Shown here: positions 37,514 to 46,806 of the stretch, one piece after another
Numbering within the stretch: position 1 is the stretch's first letter
Layout of the letters: each line of letters begins with the position of its first letter
Assembly (NCBI GenBank): GCA_965212375.1
Contig: OZ243108.1
Location: 2,436,353-2,500,352, forward strand
DNA: 64,000 nt
Reading direction: 5' to 3'
Origin: an uncultured Pseudohongiella sp.
GTDB taxonomy: Bacteria > Pseudomonadota > Gammaproteobacteria > Pseudomonadales > Pseudohongiellaceae
Position numbers and translations under genes: made by a program
The notes under the pieces: generated by a model
Seen by the model: the letters and a program-made list of their open reading frames with translations, nothing else
What the model was told of the DNA's origin: nothing
The model's database searches: none

Positions 37514-37932
37514 AATTTTTCCAGATCCAGTCCCGGGGGGATTTCCACTTCACCCATGCGAATGCCATACAATTGCTGCAAGGCAATGGCCTCACCTACT
37601 GCGATAATCTGCTCGCTGATTCGCACGTCGATGGTGTCCACAGACACATGGCGCAACTCCACGAAGGAGCCCTCACACAGTTCCATCAACTGTTTGATGG
37701 TGATTGAGGTGCGACCAACCTCGAAGGTCAGGGTCAGGGGTACATCGTTCATGATCTCGATAGGCGGCACTTCACGATTAATGGTGGCCGGCATATTGCG
37801 GCCGGACTGTGCAACCTGCAGCGAATCCATGGTCACCGGCTGGCGCTCACGCAATGTCGCCTGTGCGCTACCGGGATTACCGATCCCGGGCTGCTGATCC
37901 ACACCGGGCTGGTTCTGTGTCATGTCACTCAT
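37510..37932 (-). CDS. fliN: flagellar motor switch protein FliN
   Basis: 140-aa ORF with a C-terminal SpoA domain. Confidence 0.85.
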   Translation of the reverse strand: MSDMTQNQPGVDQQPGIGNPGSAQATLRERQPVTMDSLQVAQSGRNMPATINREVPPIEIMNDVPLTLTFEVGRTSITIKQLMELCEGSFVELRHVSVDTIDVRISEQIIAVGEAIALQQLYGIRMGEVEIPPGLDLEKL

Positions 37933-37975
37933 GGCTTACCTCTTGACCCGGCTGTCTGCCTGGCCGTTGCTCTTG

Positions 37976-38917
37976 CTAAACGCGATTAAGAATTTCCAGC
38001 CCGACCTTGCCGTTTAGCTCGCCCATGCGCGCCTTGAACTTGGTCCTGCCGTTGACTTTCACATCCACCTGCTCGGGGGAATCCACACCAATAATGTCGC
38101 CACGGGACATCTTGAAAATCTCACCGATGGTGAGCCGGGCACCGCTTAGCTCGCCGGTGACATCCATCTCAAAATCGTGCGCTACGGCGCGCAGAACATC
38201 ACGAGTGCTCAATCCTGCGTCTGCCAGCTTGGATTTCTTGTTGCGGAACAGGGAGTCGATAATGTGGCCCGGCATCAGCAACTGGATCTCGCCGCCGCCG
38301 CCGGAGAATTCCACGCGAAACGGACGAATCATCAACACGTCGGAATCGTTGTAGGCTGACAGGTGAGCCGGGTTCATCTCTGATTCGGTAATGGTGAACT
38401 CATGGTCGGAGATTTCCTTCCAGCTGTCCTTGATGGCTTCGATGATGGTTCTCAGGATTAACTGAATCACCCGCTGTTCGGTCTGGGTAAACTCACGACC
38501 GGTCACCTGGGTCGGGCGTGTGCCGCCGCCGAAAAAGGTATTCACCAGCGCGAATACCAGCTTGGCGTCCATGACAATGGCGGAAAAACCCACCATGCCC
38601 GACAGTAGAAAGGTGGTCATGCTGGTCGGCACGTACAGCGACTTCACGTACTTGGCGTATTTCTCAATGCGGATGTCCTGGCGCTTTACTTCGACGCTCT
38701 TGTGCAGCAGACCCAGCAGCTTGATGCTGAGACTGGCCTGCATGCGCTCATCGGCGGCCTGGATTTCCTGCGACCAGCCGGAGACACGATTCATGCCGCT
38801 GGTCAGATCGTAGAGCGTGTAGTCTTCTGCTTCAGCAGCAGTATTCTTCTGGCTGTCGTCGTCACCGACGCCGTGTAACAGGGCGTCGATTTCGTTTTGT
38901 GATAACAGGTCACTCAT
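37976..38917 (-). CDS. fliM: flagellar motor switch protein FliM
   Basis: 313-aa ORF with the N-terminal CheY-P-binding motif LSQNEIDALL. Confidence 0.9.
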   Translation of the reverse strand: MSDLLSQNEIDALLHGVGDDDSQKNTAAEAEDYTLYDLTSGMNRVSGWSQEIQAADERMQASLSIKLLGLLHKSVEVKRQDIRIEKYAKYVKSLYVPTSMTTFLLSGMVGFSAIVMDAKLVFALVNTFFGGGTRPTQVTGREFTQTEQRVIQLILRTIIEAIKDSWKEISDHEFTITESEMNPAHLSAYNDSDVLMIRPFRVEFSGGGGEIQLLMPGHIIDSLFRNKKSKLADAGLSTRDVLRAVAHDFEMDVTGELSGARLTIGEIFKMSRGDIIGVDSPEQVDVKVNGRTKFKARMGELNGKVGLEILNRV

Positions 38918-38966
38918 GGTCTGTATCTCGTAAGAGGTCCGTTTTACTGGCGATAGCTAGTCGCGA

Positions 38967-39989
38967 TCAGCCGATCATGTCGGCTTCGTCTTCCTTCAGT
39001 TCGATGTCGCCGGCGTCGGCCATCTTCTTGGCCACCGCCAGGATTTCCTTCTGCGCTGTTTCCACATCGCTGACCCGAACCGGGCCCAGCTCTTCCATGT
39101 CCTCCTGGAAGATTTCTGCTGCCCGGGACGACATGTTCTTGATGACCTTGTCGGTGATGGACTGGTCGGCACCCTTGAGGGCCAGGGCCAGGCGGTCCGT
39201 GGCGACTTCACGCAGTACTTTCTGGAAGTCACGATCGGGAATGTCCTTGAGATCGCCAAATACAAACATCTGGTCAAGGATCTTCTGGGCCAGCTCATCA
39301 CTGACCTCAGTGATTTTCTCCATCAGGGTGTCTTCAACTGACTTTTCCAGGGAGTTCAGAATATTGGCGACGTTCTTGACGCCACCCATGGCCGAGGACT
39401 GCTTGGTGACCACGCCCTCGACCTGCTTCTCGAGGGAGTGATTGAGTTCCTGCAAGGCTTTCGGATCAACCGAATCCATCTCCGCCATGCGTACGATCAA
39501 CTCAACCACCGCGTTTTCCGGCATATGGCCAAGTACTTCACCGGACAGCTCCGGGCCCAGATAGGAAATAACAATCGCCTGAATTTGCGGGTGCTCGTTC
39601 TGGATAATGCCCGCCACCAGCGCCGGCTCCATCCACTTCAAAGAATCCAGACCCTTGGTGTTTCCGCCCATGAGAATCTTTTCAAGAATCTCACCTGCTG
39701 CTTCTTCACCAAGGGCCTGGGTAAGCACCGCGCGTGTATATTCGTCAGCCACAATGTTGATGTAACCGTCAGACTCACAGTCTTTGAGGAAGTTGGACAG
39801 AATCTCGTTAACTTCATCAGTGGTGAGTTCGTTCATGCGCGACATCTCAACACCGATCTTCTGGACTTCTTCACTGGACAGGTGCTTGAGCACATTGGCG
39901 GCCCCTTCCTCACCCATCACCATCAGGAACTGCGCCGCGCGGGCGGGTCCGGTGTTTCGTGCAAGTTGTCTGCGATCTACTGTGTTCAT
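38967..39989 (-). CDS. fliG: flagellar motor switch protein FliG
   Basis: 340-aa ORF with the EHPQ motif (NEHPQIQA) and the MFVFGDL motif. Confidence 0.9.
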   Translation of the reverse strand: MNTVDRRQLARNTGPARAAQFLMVMGEEGAANVLKHLSSEEVQKIGVEMSRMNELTTDEVNEILSNFLKDCESDGYINIVADEYTRAVLTQALGEEAAGEILEKILMGGNTKGLDSLKWMEPALVAGIIQNEHPQIQAIVISYLGPELSGEVLGHMPENAVVELIVRMAEMDSVDPKALQELNHSLEKQVEGVVTKQSSAMGGVKNVANILNSLEKSVEDTLMEKITEVSDELAQKILDQMFVFGDLKDIPDRDFQKVLREVATDRLALALKGADQSITDKVIKNMSSRAAEIFQEDMEELGPVRVSDVETAQKEILAVAKKMADAGDIELKEDEADMIG

Positions 39990-40041
39990 GGCACTTCCGG
40001 AATCTTTACCTTAGGTCTCTGACTTGTCGGTTTTGTGGCTA

Positions 40042-40055
40042 GTCAATGGATTGAC
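40042..40055. promoter_or_regulatory. FleQ-box-like palindrome GTCAATGGATTGAC in the fliG leader
   Basis: Inverted repeat GTCAAT/ATTGAC (6-bp arms) around a central GG. It matches the Pseudomonas FleQ consensus GTCaNTAAAtTGAC at 12 of 14 positions. It lies between the sigma54 promoter and the fliG start. Confidence 0.4.
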
Positions 40056-40190
40056 AACGTCGGTTTTCCATCCGTTAATTTTTTTGACACCCGTCCTGGC
40101 CGGTTTTGCTGCAGCCCAGTGTTTGCGGGACTTGCGGCGGTCTTGCCTGGTATCGTCAGGGCGTCTTAACTGTTCGACACAGGGTATTGA

Positions 40191-40205
40191 GCAAGGACTG
40201 TGCCA
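40191..40205 (-). promoter_or_regulatory. sigma-54 (RpoN) promoter upstream of fliG
   Basis: The minus strand reads TGGCACAGTCCTTGC, an exact TGGCAC-N5-TTGC (-24/-12) consensus, about 200 nt upstream of the fliG start. Confidence 0.65.
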
Positions 40206-40381
40206 ACGGATTTCAAAAAGTACTAAAGCCTTCAAGGGCGGGGGTCGTAAGGCATGAGACGGGTTATGGCGCGGCCTCGCGGCTACCCGATTTTCGACCT
40301 CTGATTGCTGTCGCTCGATTCTGCAGCCACAGGGAGTTGTTAACCTGTTTTTAAAAACAAGGCAGCGCGGGAGATACGGGC

Positions 40382-41479
40382 TTGCAGCTAACCAGACTCG
40401 ATGTACGGCAGATTCCCGGCCGAGAGAAAAACCTGAGTTGGAAACTCAATCAGGAAATGCTGGCCCAGGTGGTGGGTAAAGCCAAAGACGGCGCTTCCCT
40501 GCTGCGCATCGGTGGCAATGTCTATCACGCCACGTCGAAAACACCCCTGGAGCAGAACTCATCGCTGATAGTCCGGGTGGCGGCTCTCGGTCCGCAGCTG
40601 GCGCTGGAAGTGGTGGAGAATCTGCGCGCGCCGCACAATCCGAATCAGCCATCCACCGTGGTGTCCGGGCATCTGCTGGAACAAGCCCGGCGACTGCGGC
40701 GCAACAACCTGACCCACCTGGTCCAGATTCCCTATCAGAAATCACCGGCAGCACTGCAGGCCCTGCCCGGGGACAGCATGATCCTGCTGAATCGATTGAA
40801 GCGGGCCCTGCTAAGCCCCAGCGAGTTGGGCAAGAGTGACCGGCTGCGGCCGGCGCTACTCAACTCGGGGTTATTTCTGGAAAGTAAACTCAGCGCCGCT
40901 TCACAAGGCCCGGTCGACGGTGATGGCTGGTTTGGCGACGACCTGAAAGCGTTACTGCTGCGCCTGGTGAACAGCCTGGGGGGCGGTGGCGGACTGCACA
41001 GCAAGGGCGTGGCTCACGAACCCTATGGCGTGACCCTGTACCGTGAGCTGTATCACCAGCCTATCGGCCTGCGCAAGGAAGTGATCGGGCATGCCGAGAA
41101 TATCCTGCAGAAAATTGTCGACAGCCAATACCGGACCGTAGATGAAACCGACGACAACTGGCAGCGGTGGGTGTTTGAGCTACCGCTGTACAACAATCAG
41201 CATCCGGATTCCGTGCCGCTGATTATCCACGGCGAGAAAGAATCGTCCCGGGAACACCGCGACCGCAATCGCTGGGGTGTGGAATTTTCCCTGCGCCTGG
41301 AACAGGGGGGACTGGTCAAGGCGCGACTCAAGCTGACCGGGTCTGCATTACGCATTGAACTGGCCTGCGAGAATGACAACCTCGCCCACCGCCTGCACCT
41401 GAGCCAGGACCGCCTGCGCCGCCAGCTCGCCTCCGGCGGGCTGGAACTTGAATCCTTCACCGCCGCCAATGGCTGGTAA
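40382..41479 (+). CDS. FliK-like flagellar hook-length control protein (short form)
   Basis: 365-aa ORF (TTG start, uncertain), divergent from fliG. Its layout resembles the short FliK-like proteins that precede FlhB-CTD-like genes. The assignment is tentative. Confidence 0.55.
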   Translation: MQLTRLDVRQIPGREKNLSWKLNQEMLAQVVGKAKDGASLLRIGGNVYHATSKTPLEQNSSLIVRVAALGPQLALEVVENLRAPHNPNQPSTVVSGHLLEQARRLRRNNLTHLVQIPYQKSPAALQALPGDSMILLNRLKRALLSPSELGKSDRLRPALLNSGLFLESKLSAASQGPVDGDGWFGDDLKALLLRLVNSLGGGGGLHSKGVAHEPYGVTLYRELYHQPIGLRKEVIGHAENILQKIVDSQYRTVDETDDNWQRWVFELPLYNNQHPDSVPLIIHGEKESSREHRDRNRWGVEFSLRLEQGGLVKARLKLTGSALRIELACENDNLAHRLHLSQDRLRRQLASGGLELESFTAANGW

Positions 41480-41497
41480 GCATTACACGGAAAATCA

Positions 41498-41785
41498 ATG
41501 TCCACAGACAAACAGAACAATTTTGCATCGGCAATAAAATTCAAGGCAGATGATGGTCCTGCCGTGGTCGCCCAGGGCTACGGTGCCCTGGCCAGCGCCA
41601 TTGAAGGCACCGCCCGCAATTTCAATATCCCGGTGCTGCAGGATTTTGCCCTGAGCCAGGAGCTGGCCAGTATTCCGCTGGGGGAAGAAATTCCCGAGGA
41701 CCTGGTGTTCGCCATTGCCTCGGTGTTTGAGTACCTGATGAGTATGGATGATGATCCCGGTGCTGAGATTGAGGCCCCGGACTAG
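41498..41785 (+). CDS. FlhB C-terminal-domain-like protein (YlqH / EscU-YscU-HrcU family, stand-alone)
   Basis: 95-aa ORF that aligns by eye with B. subtilis YlqH and the post-NPTH part of FlhB (AIKFKADDGPAVVAQGYGALASAIEGTARNFNIPVLQD...EIPEDL). Confidence 0.7.
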   Translation: MSTDKQNNFASAIKFKADDGPAVVAQGYGALASAIEGTARNFNIPVLQDFALSQELASIPLGEEIPEDLVFAIASVFEYLMSMDDDPGAEIEAPD

Positions 41786-41870
41786 TACCAGGCGACAGGT
41801 TCAAACGCCATGGTCGCAGAAGTTCGCACGCTATGAGCGACCTGACTGTTACTGCGCATCCACGGTCTGA

Positions 41871-43511
41871 TCAAACCTTCGCACTGAGCTGCGCCACTTC
41901 CTCCATCAAAATGTAGTGGCTGTCTTTGTAGTCCAGCGGTGTGTCTATAAGATGCACGCCGCCCGCAGCAAACGCCTCATCAATCAGTCGACACAGACCG
42001 TCGCTGGATTCCAGCCGATGCCCTTTGGCGCCGTAGGACTGCGCATACTGGACAAAATCAGGATTGCCAAAACGCAGACCAAAATCCTGAAATTCCATGC
42101 TCTGCTGCTTCCAGCGAATCATGCCGTAGGCATCATCACGCAGCACCAGCACTACCAGATTCAGGTCAAGGCGCACCGCGGTTTCCATCTCCTGCGAGTT
42201 CATCATGAAGCCGCCGTCGCCGCAGATTGCCACCACCCGTTTATCCGGGTAGCGCAAACAGGCTGCCATCGCTGCCGGCAGGCCTGCGCCCATGCTGGCC
42301 AGGGCATTGTCCAGCAACAGACTGTTTCGGCGTCTGGCCGGGTAGTTCCTGGCAAACCAGATTTTGTACAGACCGTTATCAAGAGACAGTACCGCGTCAT
42401 CACCCAGGGCTTTCTCCACATCGGCCACCAGGCGCTGAGGGAGCAGCGGAAAATCAGTTGCCGTGGTGTTTCGCGCGCTGTGTTCACGCAGGGCATCGCG
42501 CGCCGCCATAAAGCAGGTGAAGTCCCAGTGCTGCTCCGGCTTGAGTCGCTCCAGCAGTTGCCAGATGGAATTGGCAATATCGCCGATCACTTCGGCCTGG
42601 GGAAAATACACCGGGTCGACCCTGGCCGGGTAGAAGTTAATATGGATAACCGTGAAGCCGCCCTTGCGCATCAGAAACGGCGGCTTTTCCACCACGTCGT
42701 GGCCAACGTTGATGACGAGGTCAGCCTTCTCAAACGCCCGGTGCACAAAGTCGTTCTGCGACAAGGCGGCACAGCCCAGAAACAATTCGCTGGATTCATC
42801 AATGACACCCTTGCCCATCTGCGTGGTAACAAACGGAATGCCCAACTCCTCGGTCATCCGGGTCAGCATCTTCGAGGTCATCTTGCGGTTCGCACCGGCG
42901 CCGATCAGCATCAGCGGGTGCCGGGCTTTTTTGATCAATTCCACGGCCCGGTCAATCGCCTTGGGCTCGGCCACTGGCCGGCGCGGATTGCCGCGCGGTA
43001 ACACCGGCATATCACTGTCTTCCTTGGCGATATCTTCCGGCAATTCCAGGTGGGTCGCACCAGGCCGCTCTTCTTCGGCGATGCGAAAGGCTTCGCGGAC
43101 CCGGGCCGGGACATAGTCAGCGCCAACGATCTGCCGGGTGTACTTGGTGACCGGCGTGAGCACGTCAACCACATCAATAATCTGGAACTCACCCTGCTTG
43201 CTGGACTTGATCGGTTTCTGCCCGGTAATCATTACCATGGGCATGGCACCCAGATTGGCATAGGCGGCAGCCGTGACCAGATTGGTGGCGCCCGGCCCAA
43301 GCGTGGCGAGAACAACTCCGGCCTGCCCGGTCAGCCGCCCCCAGGTAGCCGCCATGAATCCCGCCGCCTGTTCATGGCGACAAAGAATAATGTCGATGTC
43401 GGAGGTACGCAGGGCTTCCATGAGATCGAGGTTTTCCTCGCCAGGAACCGCGAAGATGCGCTCGACGCCTTCGGCTTCGAGGGCCTGGACCATAAGTTCG
43501 GCTGCTTTCAA
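41871..43511 (-). CDS. thiamine-pyrophosphate enzyme, catabolic acetolactate synthase-like
   Basis: 546-aa ORF with an N-terminal TPP_enzyme_N domain (VERIFAVPGEENL, GPGATN) and a C-terminal TPP-binding motif (GDGGFMMN). Confidence 0.8.
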   Translation of the reverse strand: MKAAELMVQALEAEGVERIFAVPGEENLDLMEALRTSDIDIILCRHEQAAGFMAATWGRLTGQAGVVLATLGPGATNLVTAAAYANLGAMPMVMITGQKPIKSSKQGEFQIIDVVDVLTPVTKYTRQIVGADYVPARVREAFRIAEEERPGATHLELPEDIAKEDSDMPVLPRGNPRRPVAEPKAIDRAVELIKKARHPLMLIGAGANRKMTSKMLTRMTEELGIPFVTTQMGKGVIDESSELFLGCAALSQNDFVHRAFEKADLVINVGHDVVEKPPFLMRKGGFTVIHINFYPARVDPVYFPQAEVIGDIANSIWQLLERLKPEQHWDFTCFMAARDALREHSARNTTATDFPLLPQRLVADVEKALGDDAVLSLDNGLYKIWFARNYPARRRNSLLLDNALASMGAGLPAAMAACLRYPDKRVVAICGDGGFMMNSQEMETAVRLDLNLVVLVLRDDAYGMIRWKQQSMEFQDFGLRFGNPDFVQYAQSYGAKGHRLESSDGLCRLIDEAFAAGGVHLIDTPLDYKDSHYILMEEVAQLSAKV

Positions 43512-43759
43512 GGGGACTCCTTGGTTATCAATTAGCGAACTGTGTTTATAGCACAGAGCATTGGTGGTCTTTAAACCTACTAGTCACGCAGAGGTTTGGA
43601 TCAGAAGCAAAGAGACTGGGCAAGCTCAAACAGGTGACTGGCGGGGCCAGCCTGAAATCAAGGGGTTGGAGTAGCATGCGTCTTCTGTCCGGCGCTGGTC
43701 CGGGATAAGCGGAGCTACGTAAGTTCTGGTATGCCAGCAAGCCAACACCAACTGGTCCA

Positions 43760-44080
43760 ATGACCGAGACTCCAAGACAGCCCACCCGCGCGGCGGCAGA
43801 CAAACCAGGCAACTGTTGCCTCTGCAGTCGCCAGGTCCCGCTGACCTTTCACCACCTGATTCCACGTAAAGTGCACCGGCGGAATTACTTCCGAAAGCAT
43901 AAAGACAGGGAATCACTGAATTTGGGCATTTATGTATGCCGGCTTTGCCATCGAGGTATTCATAAGCTCTATGATGAGATGACGCTGGCCAAGGAACTGA
44001 ACAGTCTCGAAGCCCTGAAAGCGGACCCGGATCTGGCCAGGCACTTCGCCTGGAGTGCGAAGCAGAAGCGGCGGTGGTAG
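43760..44080 (+). CDS. small HNH-like zinc-finger protein
   Basis: 106-aa ORF with CCLC...HHLIP...CRLCH, a pattern typical of minimal HNH nucleases. Confidence 0.55.
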   Translation: MTETPRQPTRAAADKPGNCCLCSRQVPLTFHHLIPRKVHRRNYFRKHKDRESLNLGIYVCRLCHRGIHKLYDEMTLAKELNSLEALKADPDLARHFAWSAKQKRRW

Positions 44081-44175
44081 CCCGAATGATTCGAGCGCAG
44101 AGATTAAGGCTGAAGTTGGCCTGAACCTAATGTAAAGTAAGTTCCAGAATCAGCAACCTCTTATGGAACAGAATA

Positions 44176-45699
44176 ATGAAAGCAAATTCCCCACACGCGA
44201 TCTTCACGGTATTTTCTGCTTTGTTGTTCACTCTCGCTGGGCACATCCATGCTGCTGAGGTTTCAGGTGGCCCGGTCAGTGATGGCTCTGTCGATAGCGT
44301 GAATGCCCGAGCTGATTATTTCAGATTGAGCAGTGAATACGTGCCACCTCCCGGGGAGGCGATTCACCATCACACCGCGGGCTACGCCAAGATACTTTGC
44401 TCCGCCATCTTCATCACCGGCCTCGACCCCGAGGATGCGGCAGCCAATGTGGGAGGTTTTATTTCCCCATTCGATCAGCGCCATCATGTCGTTGAAACCC
44501 GCATTGACCGTGTCCGTGAGGAAGTCTCCCTTGTTTTGTCCGACGGCGCGGTGAGAACCGCCAGGCGCTATGACAATCAAGGCTGCATTACCCATGCGCT
44601 GGGTGAAAACGGTGTCCACTTCACCCCTTCTGTTGTCGAGACAACCCTGCCTCCCGCCCACAGCACACCATGGCCGATGGGCGATGAGCTATCCACGGAT
44701 CCCTGGCCAGAGGGGGTAGACACTGAACTGGCACAACGGGCTTTGGACGCCGGGTTTGGTGGCGCCGACGCAAGAACGCTTGCCCTGGTAGTGACCTATC
44801 AGGGACGCATTCTCGGTGAACGCTACAGCGACGAAGTCGACATCCACACCCCGCTGGAAAGCTGGTCCATGACCAAGAGCCTTACCGGCACGCTAATGGG
44901 CATACTTATTCAGCAGGGAGAGTATGACCTCTGGCAGAATGCACCGATTCCTGAATGGCAGGTCAATCCAGGTGACCCACGACAGAATATTCGCGTCGGT
45001 GACATCATGCGGATGTCGAGTGGCATCATGATCAACGCGCCATCGGATCCGGATTTCGACACCAGCACTTATCCGGATCATCTTTATCTGTACACCGGAG
45101 GTGTCAATCAGTATAGCTACGCGGCAACCCGGCGCGCTGAGTACCCTGCGAATACAATTGGCCGCTATCGCAATACCGACCCAGTGTTGGCCAGTTACCT
45201 TGTCCGCCTGGCAGTAGAGGGTCGTGGCGAAAACTACCACTCATTTCCGCAACGGGCCCTGTTCGACAAGTTGGGAATGCGCGATGCAATGATCGAAACA
45301 GATCCCTTCGGTAATTTTCTGGGTCAGGGCCTGGCTTTCATGCCCGCCAGGGATTGGGCAAGACTCGGCAATTTGTATCTGCAGGACGGCGTTTGGAACG
45401 GAGAAAGACTGCTGCCAGAAGGCTACGTGGAATACGCCCGCACAACTGCTCCTGCGTGGGAGGCTGATGGACGGCCGGTTTACGGCGGGGCTTTCTTCTG
45501 GGTTGACAATGAAGTAGGTGCCGACGGAATTCCCCGCAACTTCTCCATGCGCGGCGCGGGCGGCCAGTCTACGACGATTATCCCGAGTCACGAACTGGTG
45601 ATTGTCCGTATCGGCAAATACTCAGGTGCCTCAGAAGTGAACGGGACTATGCGCGAAATGTTGCCCATGCTGCTGGAGGCAGTGCCCGAGGTTGAGTGA
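44176..45699 (+). CDS. secreted serine hydrolase (beta-lactamase family)
   Basis: 507-aa ORF with a signal peptide and an SxxK motif (SMTKS). Confidence 0.75.
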   Translation: MKANSPHAIFTVFSALLFTLAGHIHAAEVSGGPVSDGSVDSVNARADYFRLSSEYVPPPGEAIHHHTAGYAKILCSAIFITGLDPEDAAANVGGFISPFDQRHHVVETRIDRVREEVSLVLSDGAVRTARRYDNQGCITHALGENGVHFTPSVVETTLPPAHSTPWPMGDELSTDPWPEGVDTELAQRALDAGFGGADARTLALVVTYQGRILGERYSDEVDIHTPLESWSMTKSLTGTLMGILIQQGEYDLWQNAPIPEWQVNPGDPRQNIRVGDIMRMSSGIMINAPSDPDFDTSTYPDHLYLYTGGVNQYSYAATRRAEYPANTIGRYRNTDPVLASYLVRLAVEGRGENYHSFPQRALFDKLGMRDAMIETDPFGNFLGQGLAFMPARDWARLGNLYLQDGVWNGERLLPEGYVEYARTTAPAWEADGRPVYGGAFFWVDNEVGADGIPRNFSMRGAGGQSTTIIPSHELVIVRIGKYSGASEVNGTMREMLPMLLEAVPEVE

Positions 45700-45722
45700 A
45701 TGAGTTGGGGACACTGACAACT

Positions 45723-46806
45723 CTTGGTTTCAAGTAATAAGTGCAATTTAATTAAGCAGCAAGTAAATCCACTCGCTGCCCCATAAATAATTCATTGGGG
45801 GACTTATTGCCTCGCGTTTTCCTGGGCCGATTATTCAATCTGCTCATTACCGCTTTGATCTGTTTATCGGTGACCTTGTTAAAATCTATGCCTTTAGGAA
45901 AGTACTGACGAATGAGACCGTTGGTATTTTCGTTTATTCCCCTTTCCCAGGAAGCATAAGGGTGAGCAAAATATATCTTTGCGTTCAATCCTTTGGCAAT
46001 GGCCTCATGTTTTATGAATTCGCGGCCATTATCAAACGTAATGGTTTTCACCCTTTCCTGTAGAGCTTTCATGTGTTTGACCGCGGCTTTGGCAAGTAAG
46101 TCAGGGCGTTTGCCAGAAAGGCGAACGATTACCGTGTAGAGAGTCTTGCGCTCAACCATCGTCAGAATGGCACTCTTGCGCCTATAACCCATGACGGTGT
46201 CACCTTCCCAATCACCGATTCTCGTGCGCCGATCTACTATTGCTGGCCGGTGTTCTATGCCCACCCTGCGCGGTATGCCAGTCCTTCGGTCGTTGTGGCC
46301 ATAGCGTTTCCTGTAAGGCCTCCTGGCTATACGAAGATGTTTGTAGAGCTCTCCACCTTCCGCTTTATCAGCGTAGATTAGCTGATACACAGTTTCGTGA
46401 TGCAGAGACACTTTTTTGTAGATTTTCAGGTAATCCACCGTCTGCTGGGGGCTCAGATCCTGCTCTATTAGCCTGACTATCCAAATCCAAATCTGCTCTG
46501 TCACTTTATAGGCTTTGTATGCCTCTCGCCGTCTTGTGACGCAGCGCCGATGGGCTCTGCTGGCTTCGTAACTCCTAGGACCACCGTTTCGGTGAAGCTC
46601 TCGACTAATCGTTGAAGGGCTCCTGTGTAAACAGTCAGCGATCTCTTTCTGGCTATGGCCTTCTTTCTTCATCGCGCAAATCTGGTATCGTTCAAATTCG
46701 GTCAGCTGTTTGTAGCTCATAAGGCATTTTCCTTTGGCGAGAAAAATGACGAACTATAGCAGCTGGCCGTCTTTCTCAGGAATTGCGCTTATTATCCGAA
46801 ACCAGG
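45723..46806 (-). mobile_element. IS30-family insertion sequence (1084 bp) with 3-bp target duplication ACT
   Basis: Imperfect 26-bp inverted repeats (CTTGGTTTCAAGTAATAAGTGCAATT versus CCTGGTTTCGGATAATAAGCGCAATT). ACT is present at 45720-45722 and 46807-46809. Removing the IS restores the sequence seen intact at 50928-50975. Confidence 0.85.
45752..46720 (-). CDS. IS30-family transposase
   Basis: 322-aa ORF with an N-terminal HTH (SQKEIADCLHRSPSTISRELHRN) and a DDE core. Confidence 0.9.
   Translation of the reverse strand: MSYKQLTEFERYQICAMKKEGHSQKEIADCLHRSPSTISRELHRNGGPRSYEASRAHRRCVTRRREAYKAYKVTEQIWIWIVRLIEQDLSPQQTVDYLKIYKKVSLHHETVYQLIYADKAEGGELYKHLRIARRPYRKRYGHNDRRTGIPRRVGIEHRPAIVDRRTRIGDWEGDTVMGYRRKSAILTMVERKTLYTVIVRLSGKRPDLLAKAAVKHMKALQERVKTITFDNGREFIKHEAIAKGLNAKIYFAHPYASWERGINENTNGLIRQYFPKGIDFNKVTDKQIKAVMSRLNNRPRKTRGNKSPNELFMGQRVDLLAA

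Noticed and set aside
40011-40235. 74-aa minus-strand ORF in the fliG upstream region
   Set aside because: It starts upstream of, and spans, the predicted sigma54 promoter and the FleQ-like box. Its composition is basic and low-complexity, and no RBS is present.
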